From the NCBI GenBank assembly GCA_017453285.1, contig JAFTKL010000027.1, forward strand, positions 1-46,548: 46,548 nt of DNA, in the 5' to 3' direction. The notes beneath the pieces were generated by a model, which was given only the letters and a program-made list of their open reading frames with translations, did not search any database and was not told where the DNA came from. Origin of the DNA: Clostridia bacterium (GTDB lineage Bacteria > Bacillota > Clostridia > Oscillospirales > CAG-272). Made by a program: the position numbers and the translations under genes. Shown one piece after another: positions 8,384 through 17,845 of this stretch; the first letter of the stretch is position 1; every line of letters begins with the position of its first letter.

Positions 8384-8467
8384 GTGCGAACGATTTTCTC
8401 AAAACAGTTGATTTTGAGAGATAAATATGTTATCATATATTCAGAAGATCACGTTTAGGAGGAACTT

Positions 8468-10249
8468 ATGAAAACAGTACTCAGATCTATTGCACTGATT
8501 ATCCTGCTGTCGATGTGTCTGTCACTTCTCGTTGCCTGCAACGGTGCAGAGGATGCGACCGAGCCGACAGCGACCGACGCTCCTACAGAGACGCCGACCG
8601 AGGCTCCTACCGACAAGCCCACGGAGAAGCCTACCGAACCCGTAGAACTTATGGATAAGAGCAGATTTAACCTTTTATATAAGAAAAAATGCGTTTGCGC
8701 TATCGTCATCCCTGACAACAGTACCGAGGAAGAGAAGGCAGTTGCAGAGAAGCTTGCCGCTCTCTTTTTGAATAAGGTCAAAAAGGCGACTGTCATACGC
8801 AAGGAAAGCAAGCTTACCGACGACCTGCCCTATACTATATTTATTGGTAACACAAATCAATCGGGCTCTAAGGATGCCATCGCCGCACTCGGCGAGCGCG
8901 AGGCGACTATCACTTCGAATGGAAATTCGCTCTTTTTGGTGTTTGATAACTACGCAGGCGGACGCGACGTAGTTGAGATCCTTGTTGATAGCATTAAGAA
9001 GGATAAGCAGGGGGAGAACGCTTGGCTGCCTCTCGACTACAGCCTTAAATACAAAGCGCCCCCAGAGATCGACGCATTCCCCGCATATGACGAAGGCACG
9101 GTTACGAATATGGATTCGGGATACAACACCGAGCTTCTTATTGCTGAATCCGTAACAACGAAAGGCTTTGAAGAATATTGCAATACTGTCGAGGCGGCAG
9201 GCTTCAAGCGCGATTTCGACAGAACCGAGGCAGACAACCGCTTTGTTACCTTCCTTGCGGCAAATCATTATATCTACATCTACCGCACAGCATATAACGG
9301 TCAGATGAGAGTAGTAAGCGGACCTATCGAGCAGTATGCTCGCCCTGACTACACCGAGGAGGACCGTAAGGAGAATACTATCCCTTATATTGCCTCTATT
9401 CCTCAGCCGGGCGACGGAGAGGGATATATATTCCGCCTGACAGACGGCAGATTTATTATTTTTGATAGTGGATACAAGGGAGACGACAGAGTTTATAAGA
9501 CTCTGCGCGAGCTTGAAAAGGGCGAGATCGTTATAGCCGCGTGGTTTATCTCTCATCCTCACGGCGACCACTATCCCGCATTCCTCAACTTCGTCAAGGA
9601 TCACGGATATGACCGCAGTATCACGATCCAGCGCGTGATGCACAATTACACCCATGCCGACAGATATAATATCAACGGCTCGGCAGGTCTTGACGAAGCA
9701 GGGAAGAACGTTACGGAGTTTTACAACGTGCTTGAAGAATATCTTCCCGACGTTCCTGTTATCAAGGTCCACACAGGACAGGTGATCAATTTTGGCGACA
9801 CCGAAGTAGAAATACTCTACACCGTCGAGGATATTATGCCGAAGAAGCTTCCCAATAACAACGATTCCTCGCTCGTTATCAGACTTCACATAGCCGATCA
9901 GTCGATAATCCTTCTTGCCGACACCTGCTATGACTCAGGACCTATTATGAATAAGATCTGGGGCTCTTATCTCAAGTCGGATATTATGCAGATCGCGCAC
10001 CACGGTATGTGGCCGTCGGTTGCCGAAATATATCACAGCATTCAGGCTGAGGTCGTTCTGTTCCCGTCTATGACCAAGAACGTAAAGAATTGGGTGGTCG
10101 ACAGCAGATGGGCGGCGGTAATGCAGGTGGTTCTTGATTACGCAGAGGATATCTACATCTCAGGCGACGCACTTACGGTGATCGAGCTTCCGCTCTGGCT
10201 TGAGTATAACAAGAATGACGTTCTCGAAATGCTCGCTGAACTCAGATAA
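8468..10249 (+). CDS. Lipoprotein with C-terminal metallo-beta-lactamase-fold domain
   Basis: Lipobox (LSLLVAC), a Thr/Pro/Glu linker, the HxHxDH motif (SHPHGDHY) and a later HHG. Confidence 0.75.
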   Translation: MKTVLRSIALIILLSMCLSLLVACNGAEDATEPTATDAPTETPTEAPTDKPTEKPTEPVELMDKSRFNLLYKKKCVCAIVIPDNSTEEEKAVAEKLAALFLNKVKKATVIRKESKLTDDLPYTIFIGNTNQSGSKDAIAALGEREATITSNGNSLFLVFDNYAGGRDVVEILVDSIKKDKQGENAWLPLDYSLKYKAPPEIDAFPAYDEGTVTNMDSGYNTELLIAESVTTKGFEEYCNTVEAAGFKRDFDRTEADNRFVTFLAANHYIYIYRTAYNGQMRVVSGPIEQYARPDYTEEDRKENTIPYIASIPQPGDGEGYIFRLTDGRFIIFDSGYKGDDRVYKTLRELEKGEIVIAAWFISHPHGDHYPAFLNFVKDHGYDRSITIQRVMHNYTHADRYNINGSAGLDEAGKNVTEFYNVLEEYLPDVPVIKVHTGQVINFGDTEVEILYTVEDIMPKKLPNNNDSSLVIRLHIADQSIILLADTCYDSGPIMNKIWGSYLKSDIMQIAHHGMWPSVAEIYHSIQAEVVLFPSMTKNVKNWVVDSRWAAVMQVVLDYAEDIYISGDALTVIELPLWLEYNKNDVLEMLAELR

Positions 10250-10337
10250 AGACAGAAATCTTTCTTTTCATAGTGTTCCTATGAAACCGGCGATAAAGCA
10301 AAAGAATAAATACGAATTTACTTGAAAGGAGAAAAGT

Positions 10338-10661
10338 ATGTTTTCGCTATTTTCAAAAAAAGTTATGGACGAAAAAGCAGCAAAAGATTTTTGGGCATGG
10401 TTTGAAGAACAAGAAGAATGGATTATAAATTGTCTAGCTAATCACGATTCTGCTTTTATTTGGGCAATTGATGAACGTTTAAAACCTGTATTTCCTTATT
10501 TTAAGAAAGAACTTGAATTCCAATTAGGGTATAACGAAGGAAAAGGTGAATTCTTTTTCTTCCACTTTGGAAATCAAAATCTGATCAAAGATGCTGATTC
10601 TCTTTCTAAAATGATGCCTGAAAATATTTCTGAACATTGGTCATTTATAGCCGAAAAATAA
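10338..10661 (+). CDS. Small hypothetical protein (low-GC islet)
   Basis: 107-aa ORF with RBS aaggag upstream and an intrinsic terminator directly downstream. No motif recognised. Confidence 0.55.
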   Translation: MFSLFSKKVMDEKAAKDFWAWFEEQEEWIINCLANHDSAFIWAIDERLKPVFPYFKKELEFQLGYNEGKGEFFFFHFGNQNLIKDADSLSKMMPENISEHWSFIAEK

Positions 10662-10668
10662 CAACAAG

Positions 10669-10697
10669 CCCCGACAGATTTTCAAGATCTGTCGGGG
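10669..10697. terminator. Bidirectional terminator shared by two convergent small genes
   Basis: ccccgacagat-tttcaag-atctgtcgggg. Confidence 0.75.
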
Positions 10698-10713
10698 TAT
10701 CTTTTAAGAAGTA

Positions 10714-10950
10714 TTATTCGTATTTCGGCTTCAGTAGCAGATGAGTGTCTAAATCAATTGTGTAGTCAATGCGAATGTCATCTGAATATGCTATCTCTTC
10801 ATATTGATAGAGAGAACAAAAAGCACAAACGAAATTTTCCTCGTTCACCGTTTTCAATGTCTCATCTATTGCACTTTTCAATTTATTCATATCGAGATGT
10901 CTTCCGTGGATTATCTTGTCCCCATATACAGATTCAATTTCTATCAGCAT
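10714..10950 (-). CDS. Small hypothetical protein (low-GC islet)
   Basis: 78-aa ORF convergent with 10338..10661, in the same AT-rich composition. No motif recognised. Confidence 0.5.
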   Translation of the reverse strand: MLIEIESVYGDKIIHGRHLDMNKLKSAIDETLKTVNEENFVCAFCSLYQYEEIAYSDDIRIDYTIDLDTHLLLKPKYE

Positions 10951-11037
10951 TTTTACCTCTGTTCATATATCGTTTTGTTTATCGTAAGTTTCGCCTTTGT
11001 ATTACAAAGACTTCGGGCAAAGCCCATACCCCTTTAT

Positions 11038-11112
11038 GTAGGGCGGGGGTTTACTCCCGCCGTTACTTCAATCTAAACTGTTTGTTGCGGCGGGAGCAAG
11101 CCCCCGCCCTAC
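11038..11112. repeat. REPIN-like doublet: two GTAG-tagged REP palindromes in inverted orientation
   Basis: gtagggcgggggtttactcccgccg (11038-11062) and cggcgggagcaagcccccgccctac (11088-11112) are reverse complements at 23 of 25 positions. Each half is itself a ggcggg/cccgcc hairpin. Confidence 0.7.
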
Positions 11113-11135
11113 GCTGTAACCTCATTATAACACAA

Positions 11136-11165
11136 ATCGGCAGAGAAAACAAGTTCTCTGCCGAT
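11136..11165 (-). terminator. Probable truB terminator
   Basis: atcggcagagaa-aacaag-ttctctgccgat hairpin. The T-tract on the - strand (ttgtgtt) is weak. Confidence 0.5.
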
Positions 11166-11219
11166 ATTCTTGTGCCTGCCAATTCTCCGCTAAGGATGCA
11201 GAGAGAAGAGAAAGCTTTT

Positions 11220-12122
11220 TTAAATATCAAACAGTTTTATTGACTTGATCGCTAAGCCGTTTTCGTACTCGCGCACCTCGCCGAGTGCGAAAAAGCTGCC
11301 GTCTGCCGAGCAGAGACGAACCCTTGCGGCGAGTGGGTGCGAGGTCTTGATCTTTGACTGATAGATCTCACAGCCGCTTCTTGCGAGCTTTTCGTAAAAG
11401 GTGGGAAGTCGCACCTCGGGCAGAGAAGAGAAGAGCGAGACTGTCGGCAGAAGAAGCGAGAGTCTCTCGTCCTCGCTCATAGCTTCGAGCTCTTCAAGTG
11501 TATGCGCTCCCGAAATGTCGAAGTCGCCCGCTCTCGTTCGGCACAGCGTTGCCATCGCGCCGCCGCAGGCGAGCTTGGCACCGATGTCGGCACAAAGCGT
11601 GCGGATGTACGTGCCCGACGAGCAGGATACCTCAAGGATATAGTCCGAGTCGCGCTCGGTAGGCTCAGAGACGAGCGAATGTATCGTTATCGGTCTTGCC
11701 TCGCGCTCGATCTCGATTCCCTCGCGCGCAAGCTCGTAAAGCTTCTTGCCGCCTACCTTGAGTGCGCTGTACATCGGCGGAGTCTGCATAATGTCGCCCA
11801 CAAAGCTCTGCACGACTGACTCAACCTCGTCACGCGAGGGGAGCGCGTCGCTCTTTGTGAGTATCTTTCCCGTTACGTCCTCGGTGTCGGTCGTAATTCC
11901 GAGTCTGAGCGTGGCTCTGTAGCCCTTTGTGTCAGCCGTGAGATATTCAGCCGCCTTTGCCGCTCTGCCGACAAGAATTACCAGCACTCCCGTCGCCATA
12001 GGGTCAAGCGTGCCCGTGTGGCCGACTCTTTTGGTGTTGTAGAGCCTTCGTATTCTGTTTACCACGTCGTGAGAGGTCATCCCCTCCGACTTGTTGACCG
12101 TAAGTACGCCCGACGGCTCCAT
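11220..12122 (-). CDS. truB: tRNA pseudouridine(55) synthase TruB
   Basis: GVLTVNKSEGMTSHDVV and the catalytic-Asp motif GHTGTLDPMATGVL. Confidence 0.9.
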   Translation of the reverse strand: MEPSGVLTVNKSEGMTSHDVVNRIRRLYNTKRVGHTGTLDPMATGVLVILVGRAAKAAEYLTADTKGYRATLRLGITTDTEDVTGKILTKSDALPSRDEVESVVQSFVGDIMQTPPMYSALKVGGKKLYELAREGIEIEREARPITIHSLVSEPTERDSDYILEVSCSSGTYIRTLCADIGAKLACGGAMATLCRTRAGDFDISGAHTLEELEAMSEDERLSLLLPTVSLFSSLPEVRLPTFYEKLARSGCEIYQSKIKTSHPLAARVRLCSADGSFFALGEVREYENGLAIKSIKLFDI

Positions 12123-12135
12123 AGCTACCTCTTTA

Positions 12136-12789
12136 TCAGTTGAATTTTACGTGAGCCGAGCAGATCGAAAAGCCTTTCTCCGAGAAGTTCTTTTCGTATT
12201 CTGTCATCACGTTGTCAGCATTCTTCTCGCTCGCGTGCAGATCTCTCGTCTGCCAGAGCACAGTCGCGCCGACAGCCTCAAATTCCTCAAGGCTGAAGTC
12301 AAAGAGACCTACGTTGTCGGTCTTGAGACGGAGAATTCCGTCGTCCGTGAGGAGATTTTTGTATATCTCAAGAAATCCTCTGTGCGTCAGCCTGCGCTTT
12401 GCGTGTCCCTTCTTGGGCCACGGGTCGCTGAAGGTGAGATAAATGCAGTCAAGCGAGTGCGGCTTTACATTCTCGGCGAGTATCTTCGCGTCACCGATAA
12501 GGAAACGCAGATTGTCGCTCTCGCGCTCGTCAGCCGCCGCCTTTGCTTTCTCAAGCGCGATACAGCAAACGTCGGCAACGCGCTCGACGGCGATAAAGTT
12601 TACGTCGGGGTACTTCTTTGCCATTCCGCAAGCGAAGTTTCCCTTGCCGCAACCGATCTCCATATGTACGGGACGATCGTTGCCGAATATTTTGTCAAAC
12701 CCTTTGAGCATAGTCGCGGGATCTGCAATTCTCAGCTCGGCGCAAGCTTCAATTCGCTCCGCGCCGTGCTTTTTCTTTCTCATTCTCAT
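12136..12789 (-). CDS. trmB: tRNA (guanine-N7)-methyltransferase TrmB
   Basis: SAM-binding EIGCGKGNF and FSDPWPKK motifs, 217 aa. Confidence 0.9.
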   Translation of the reverse strand: MRMRKKKHGAERIEACAELRIADPATMLKGFDKIFGNDRPVHMEIGCGKGNFACGMAKKYPDVNFIAVERVADVCCIALEKAKAAADERESDNLRFLIGDAKILAENVKPHSLDCIYLTFSDPWPKKGHAKRRLTHRGFLEIYKNLLTDDGILRLKTDNVGLFDFSLEEFEAVGATVLWQTRDLHASEKNADNVMTEYEKNFSEKGFSICSAHVKFN

Positions 12790-12802
12790 AAAGTAACCTC
12801 TA

Positions 12803-13897
12803 TCAGACGTTGAAGCGGAAGAGAACGATGTCTCCGTCCTTCATAACGTATTCCTTACCCTCACTTCGATAAAGACCTGCCTCCTTGACAGCCGCCATCG
12901 AGCCGTACTTTACTAAGTCGTCAAACGAAACGATCTCAGCGCGGATAAATCCTCTCTCGAAGTCGCTGTGTATCTTTCCTGCCGCACCGGGAGCCTTGGT
13001 TCCCTTGGTGATGGTCCACGCGCGGACCTCCTGAGGTCCTGCGGTGAGATAGCTGATAAGTCCGAGGAGCGAGTAGCTTGCTTTGATAAGTCTGTCAAGT
13101 CCGCTCTCTGCAATTCCGAGGTCCTCAAGGAAGAGAGCCTTTTCCTCTGCGTCAAGCTCTGCGATCTCAGCCTCGAGCTGAGCACAGATAGAGATCACCT
13201 GCGAGTGCTCGCGCTCTGCCTGCGCTTTGAGCGCGTCGTAGTTAGCGTTGCCCACGGGCTCGCCGCCAGCCTCGTCCTCGCTCAGATTTGCAACGTAGAT
13301 GACCGGCTTCATAGAGAGCAGGGGAGTGTCGTAGAGGCACTCGAGCTCGCTCTCGTCAAGCTCTACCTCGCGGGCACACTTGCCCTCGGAGAGAGCCGCG
13401 TGGAGCTTTTCAAATACTGCAAGCTCGCCTGCGAGAGTCTTATCACCCTTCATCGCCTTCTTGGTGCGGTCGATGCGGCGCTCTACCATCTCGATATCCG
13501 AGAAGATGAGCTCAAGGTTGATGGTCTCGAGGTCGCGGAGCGCGTTGATCGAGCCGTCAACGTGGATTATATTGTCGTCCTCAAAGCAACGGACGACGTG
13601 AAGTATCGCGTCTACCTCGCGGATGTGAGAGAGGAACTTGTTTCCAAGACCTTCGCCGCGGGACGCGCCCTTAACGAGACCTGCGATGTCAACGAATTCG
13701 ATGACAGCGGGAGTGTATTTTTCGGGATTGTGCATTTTTGCAAGATAGTCGAGTCGCGAATCCGGAACTGCAACAACGCCGACGTTCGGCTCGATAGTGC
13801 AGAAGGGGTAGTTTGCGGATTCCGCGCCTGCATTAGTAAGCGCGTTGAAAAGCGTGCTTTTTCCTACGTTAGGAAGTCCAACGATACCAAGTTTCAT
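12803..13897 (-). CDS. ychF: Redox-regulated ATPase YchF (Obg-like)
   Basis: MKLGIVGLPNVGKSTLFNALT P-loop N-terminus with a C-terminal TGS/YchF domain. The ORF extends to 13960, but the conserved N-terminus and family length favour the ATG at 13897. Confidence 0.9.
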   Translation of the reverse strand: MKLGIVGLPNVGKSTLFNALTNAGAESANYPFCTIEPNVGVVAVPDSRLDYLAKMHNPEKYTPAVIEFVDIAGLVKGASRGEGLGNKFLSHIREVDAILHVVRCFEDDNIIHVDGSINALRDLETINLELIFSDIEMVERRIDRTKKAMKGDKTLAGELAVFEKLHAALSEGKCAREVELDESELECLYDTPLLSMKPVIYVANLSEDEAGGEPVGNANYDALKAQAEREHSQVISICAQLEAEIAELDAEEKALFLEDLGIAESGLDRLIKASYSLLGLISYLTAGPQEVRAWTITKGTKAPGAAGKIHSDFERGFIRAEIVSFDDLVKYGSMAAVKEAGLYRSEGKEYVMKDGDIVLFRFNV

Positions 13898-14194
13898 TTT
13901 TTTGTATCTCCTTTGTTTTAGAGGAATTTCGGCGGGATATCCTGCCGAAAAAGTTAACATAATTCATTATATTATATCACAAATCCAAAGCTTTTTCAAT
14001 AGCTCTTTTTAATTTATCGGTATATTTTTCTTATATCGCTCAACAAAATTGCGGCGGTATTTTGAGAGAAATCATTCTTATGATACGTCTGTGGCTGGTA
14101 ATGCTAAAAGGATACCGTTTTTTCTGAATTTATATTGACTTTTTATTTTCGTTGTGCTAAACTTTTAATGACGTTACAAAAGGGGGAGAGAGAC

Positions 14195-15229
14195 ATGAGC
14201 TTTTACGATGCAAAGGAGCTTTGGCGACCAACCGAAGAGTACTCAAACCACAGAATTCCGGGAATGCTGGTCACAAATTGCGGCACGTTGCTCGTATATT
14301 GCGAGGCGAGGCGCACGGCAAGCGATTGGGCGACCATGGATATTTTGCTTCAACGCTCGACCGACGGCGGCGCAAGCTTTAGCTCGCCGTACAAGCTCGC
14401 CGAGGGCAACGAGACGCACAAAACTGTCAACAACCCCGTGATGATGCAGGACAAGAACGGACGCATCCATTTTCTTTACTGCGAGGATTATACCGTTTGC
14501 GGCGGACGCGCACTCAGACGCTACAGTGACGATGACGGAATCAGCTGGAGCGAGCCGATAGACGTTTCGGAAGCGACTCAGCCCGAATATCACAATGCAT
14601 TTGCCTTTGGTCCGGGGCACGGTATCACAGCACCCGACGGAACGCTGATCGTTCCCGTGTGGATGGTGCCGAGATCCTTCAAAGCACCTATCCGCTCACA
14701 CGACCCTTCGGTGATAAGCACCTTCTACAGCAAGGATAACGGCGAGAGCTGGTTGCTTGGAGATATTCTTCAGACGACTGCCGAGATCATATGCCCAAAC
14801 GAGACCGTCGCCGCGCTCACGTCGGGCGGTGAGGTCTACCTGAATATTCGTTTCAAGGGCTATTGCCGCGCGAGAGCGTACAGTAAGAACGGTTATTCGG
14901 ATTGGCGAGGCTATCTTCCGGATTATCATCTGCCCGATCCGCAGTGCTTTGGCTCTGTCGCGGCATATAACGACGGCAAGCATCCGTACACGCTGATCTT
15001 TGCCAACTGTGCCACAAAGGAAGGAAGAAGCAACGTGACGGTACGCGCGAGCTTTGATGACGGCTTGACCTATCCTGTCTCAAGGCTGATAGATCGCGAG
15101 CGCGGCGGATACGTCGAGGTGGCGGTCGATAACGTGGCAGGCGTCATTTACCTGCTTTACGAGGATAAATTCGGAACGACCGATCATCTCGTCAGATTTG
15201 ATTACGAATGGCTTTGCGAAAACCAATAG
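14195..15229 (+). CDS. GH33 sialidase-like BNR-repeat protein, no signal peptide
   Basis: RIP motif (NHRIPGM) and four Asp-boxes (STDGGASF, SDDDGISW, SKDNGESW, SFDDGLTY). The start at 14195 follows RBS gggggagag; the ORF-track start at 14135 has no RBS. Confidence 0.8.
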   Translation: MSFYDAKELWRPTEEYSNHRIPGMLVTNCGTLLVYCEARRTASDWATMDILLQRSTDGGASFSSPYKLAEGNETHKTVNNPVMMQDKNGRIHFLYCEDYTVCGGRALRRYSDDDGISWSEPIDVSEATQPEYHNAFAFGPGHGITAPDGTLIVPVWMVPRSFKAPIRSHDPSVISTFYSKDNGESWLLGDILQTTAEIICPNETVAALTSGGEVYLNIRFKGYCRARAYSKNGYSDWRGYLPDYHLPDPQCFGSVAAYNDGKHPYTLIFANCATKEGRSNVTVRASFDDGLTYPVSRLIDRERGGYVEVAVDNVAGVIYLLYEDKFGTTDHLVRFDYEWLCENQ

Positions 15230-15273
15230 ATCTGATAAGTAAATTATTCTATCATAACAAAAAGGAGAAAGCA

Positions 15274-16281
15274 GTGGAGTACAGAGTACTTGGCAAAACA
15301 GGACTTGAAATTTCGAGATTGGGCTTTGGCGGAATACCGATCCAGAAGATAGATGCTGAGGGCACGAGAGTGCTCGTCGGTGAGCTTGTGAAAAAGGGAA
15401 TAAACTTCATCGACACCGCGCGCGGATATACCGTGAGCGAGGAGTATCTCGGTTACGCGCTTGAGGGCGTGAGAGATAAATTCGTGCTTGCGACAAAGAG
15501 TATGGCGCGCACGAAGGAGAAGATGGCGGCCGACGTTGAAATCAGCCTTCGCAATCTTCGCACGGATCATATCGATCTTTATCAGATACATAACCCGAGT
15601 GCCGCGGATCTTGATACAGTAACGGCAGAGGGCGGCGCGCTTGAAGCGCTTTTAGAGGCAAAGGCGGCAGGAAAGATCGGTCATATTGGAATTACACTTC
15701 ATTCGGTCGAGCTTTTCAGACGCGCTATCGAGCTTGATTGGGTAGAAACGGTGATGTTTCCGTATAACGTCGTTGAGACGCAGGGCGAGGAGCTGATAGC
15801 CGAGTGTGTCCGCAAAAATATCGGATTTATTTGTATGAAGCCTCTCGCGGGAGGTGCGATAGAGGATGCAGAGATCGCTATGAGATTTATTCTCGCCAAC
15901 GATGACGTCACCGTGGTCATTCCCGGAATGGCAGACGTTTGTGAGATCGAGCAGAACGCGGCGGTATGCTCGGACACGTCTCCTCTTTCGGAGGGCGAGC
16001 TTGATAAGATAGAGCAAATAAAAGCCGAGCTTGGCACGAATTTCTGCAGACGGTGCAATTATTGTGCGCCCTGCTCGGTGGGAATAAATATTTCTGCGGT
16101 ATTTCTCTTCGAGGGGTACTACAGCCGCTATGATCTCAAGGATTGGGCGGCTGACCGTTACTCGAGCCTCTCGAAAGTCGCTTCGGATTGTATCGGATGC
16201 GGCATCTGCGAGAGCCGTTGCCCGTACAGCCTGCCGATCAGGCAGATGCTCAAGCGTGCGGCAGAGGTAATGGGAAGATAA
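15274..16281 (+). CDS. Aldo/keto reductase with C-terminal 4Fe-4S cluster-binding domain
   Basis: AKR N-terminus YRVLGKTGLEISRLGFGG. Two Cys clusters are present (CRRCNYCAPC and CIGCGICESRCP). A GTG start at 15274 follows RBS aaaggaga. Confidence 0.8.
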   Translation: MEYRVLGKTGLEISRLGFGGIPIQKIDAEGTRVLVGELVKKGINFIDTARGYTVSEEYLGYALEGVRDKFVLATKSMARTKEKMAADVEISLRNLRTDHIDLYQIHNPSAADLDTVTAEGGALEALLEAKAAGKIGHIGITLHSVELFRRAIELDWVETVMFPYNVVETQGEELIAECVRKNIGFICMKPLAGGAIEDAEIAMRFILANDDVTVVIPGMADVCEIEQNAAVCSDTSPLSEGELDKIEQIKAELGTNFCRRCNYCAPCSVGINISAVFLFEGYYSRYDLKDWAADRYSSLSKVASDCIGCGICESRCPYSLPIRQMLKRAAEVMGR

Positions 16282-16288
16282 GGGAGAG

Positions 16289-16840
16289 ATGGATATGACG
16301 AAAAATTTATACGAGCAGGCGAGACTGACAATAGCTGAGATCATAGAAAAGGCGGAGCTCAAGACGGGAGATATTCTCGTTGTAGGTTGCTCGACGAGCG
16401 AGATCATCGGCGCGAGAATAGGAAGCGACTCAGCTCCTGAGGTCGCCGCAGAGGTGTTTGACGCACTTTATGCCTCGGCAAAGGAGAAGGGCGTGTACCT
16501 TGCATTTCAGTGCTGTGAGCATCTCAACCGCGCCATAGTTATTGAACGCGAGGCGGCAGCGGGGCTCGAGATAGTAAATGCCGTTCCGCAGCCCAAGGCA
16601 GGTGGCTCGATGGCGACGAAGGCGTATGCGAGCTTTAGTGATCCCGTGGTAGTTGAGCAGATAAAGGCGGACGCAGGCATCGATATAGGGCTTACGCTTA
16701 TCGGAATGCACCTCAAGAGAGTAGCGGTTCCCGTAAGGCTTGAGAACGACCGCATCGGCGAGGCGATCGTTGTGGCGGCGCGCACGCGACCGAAGTTTAT
16801 CGGCGGTGCAAGAGCCGTGTACGATGAAAAAATGCTTTGA
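16289..16840 (+). CDS. TIGR01440/UPF0340 (YwlG-like) family protein
   Basis: GDILVVGCSTSEI and CCEHLNRA motifs typical of the family. The second ATG at 16295 has better RBS spacing. Confidence 0.7.
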   Translation: MDMTKNLYEQARLTIAEIIEKAELKTGDILVVGCSTSEIIGARIGSDSAPEVAAEVFDALYASAKEKGVYLAFQCCEHLNRAIVIEREAAAGLEIVNAVPQPKAGGSMATKAYASFSDPVVVEQIKADAGIDIGLTLIGMHLKRVAVPVRLENDRIGEAIVVAARTRPKFIGGARAVYDEKML

Positions 16841-17083
16841 TCTTCCTTACCGAGCAGCTTTTTTTCAAGACTTTTGCTCTCAGAACTGATTAAGACCGTG
16901 GGCGCAGGGCATTTTTGACTCTGCGCCTCGCGTTTTTTTGTTACGAAGATGGAGCTTTTGTGAAAAAAGAGTATAGTTTTTGCGAAAAATACGACATTTC
17001 TGTAAAAAAAACAAAAAAGTATTTGCAAAATAGTAAAATATATGTTATAATGGAAAGGTAAGAAGTAATTGCTTCGGAGGTAA

Positions 17084-17779
17084 ATGATGCTGGATACAAA
17101 AATTCTCATTGTTGACGATGATACCAATATATGCGATCTGCTCAAGCTCTATTTTGAAAACGAGGGCTACGCAGTAAAAAGTGCAAACGACGGAGTTGAG
17201 GGACTCAACTTTTTCAAGATCTACGACCCCGATATCGTTCTGCTCGATATAATGCTTCCCAAAAAGGACGGCTGGCAGGTCTGCCGCGAGATCCGCGAGA
17301 TCTCCTCGAAGCCTATCATTATGATCACCGCAAAGGGCGAGGTGTTCGACAAGGTGCTCGGACTTGAACTCGGCGCTGACGACTTCGTCGTAAAGCCCTT
17401 CGATATGAAGGAGCTGAGCGCGAGAGTCAAGGCGGTGCTTCGCCGCTATCAGTCGCACTCCACGCAGAACGACGAAGACGTTATCAAGTTTGATAACATA
17501 GAGATAAGCCACCAGAAGTACGAGCTGAAGCTCTGCGGAAAGCCTGTTGACGTTCCGCCCAAGGAGCTCGAGCTGCTCTATTTCCTCGCGTCAAACTCCA
17601 ACCGCGTCTTCACACGCGATCAGCTTCTTGACAAGGTCTGGGGATTTGATTACCTCGGCGACTCGAGAACTGTCGACGTTCACGTAAAGCGTCTGCGCGA
17701 GAAGCTTGACGGAGTGTCGGATAAGTGGTCGCTCAAGACTGTCTGGGGCGTTGGATACAAATTTGAAGTTTTAGGCTGA
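17084..17779 (+). CDS. OmpR-family response regulator
   Basis: Receiver domain (ILIVDDD, phospho-acceptor context LLDIMLP, K in VVKPF) and a winged-helix C-terminus (VWG..RTVDVHVKRLREKL). Confidence 0.9.
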   Translation: MMLDTKILIVDDDTNICDLLKLYFENEGYAVKSANDGVEGLNFFKIYDPDIVLLDIMLPKKDGWQVCREIREISSKPIIMITAKGEVFDKVLGLELGADDFVVKPFDMKELSARVKAVLRRYQSHSTQNDEDVIKFDNIEISHQKYELKLCGKPVDVPPKELELLYFLASNSNRVFTRDQLLDKVWGFDYLGDSRTVDVHVKRLREKLDGVSDKWSLKTVWGVGYKFEVLG

Positions 17780-17845
17780 TATCAGCCGCAAAAAAGGCTG
17801 TTTGCTTGCAAACGGCCTTTTATTTGATCTTTTTTTGGAGAGACT

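Noticed and set aside
10758-11243. 161-aa and 90-aa + strand ORFs across the low-GC islet edge.
   Set aside because: They are antisense to the 78-aa ORF and read through the REPIN doublet and the truB terminator. They have no RBS and an implausible Cys/Phe/Arg-rich translation.
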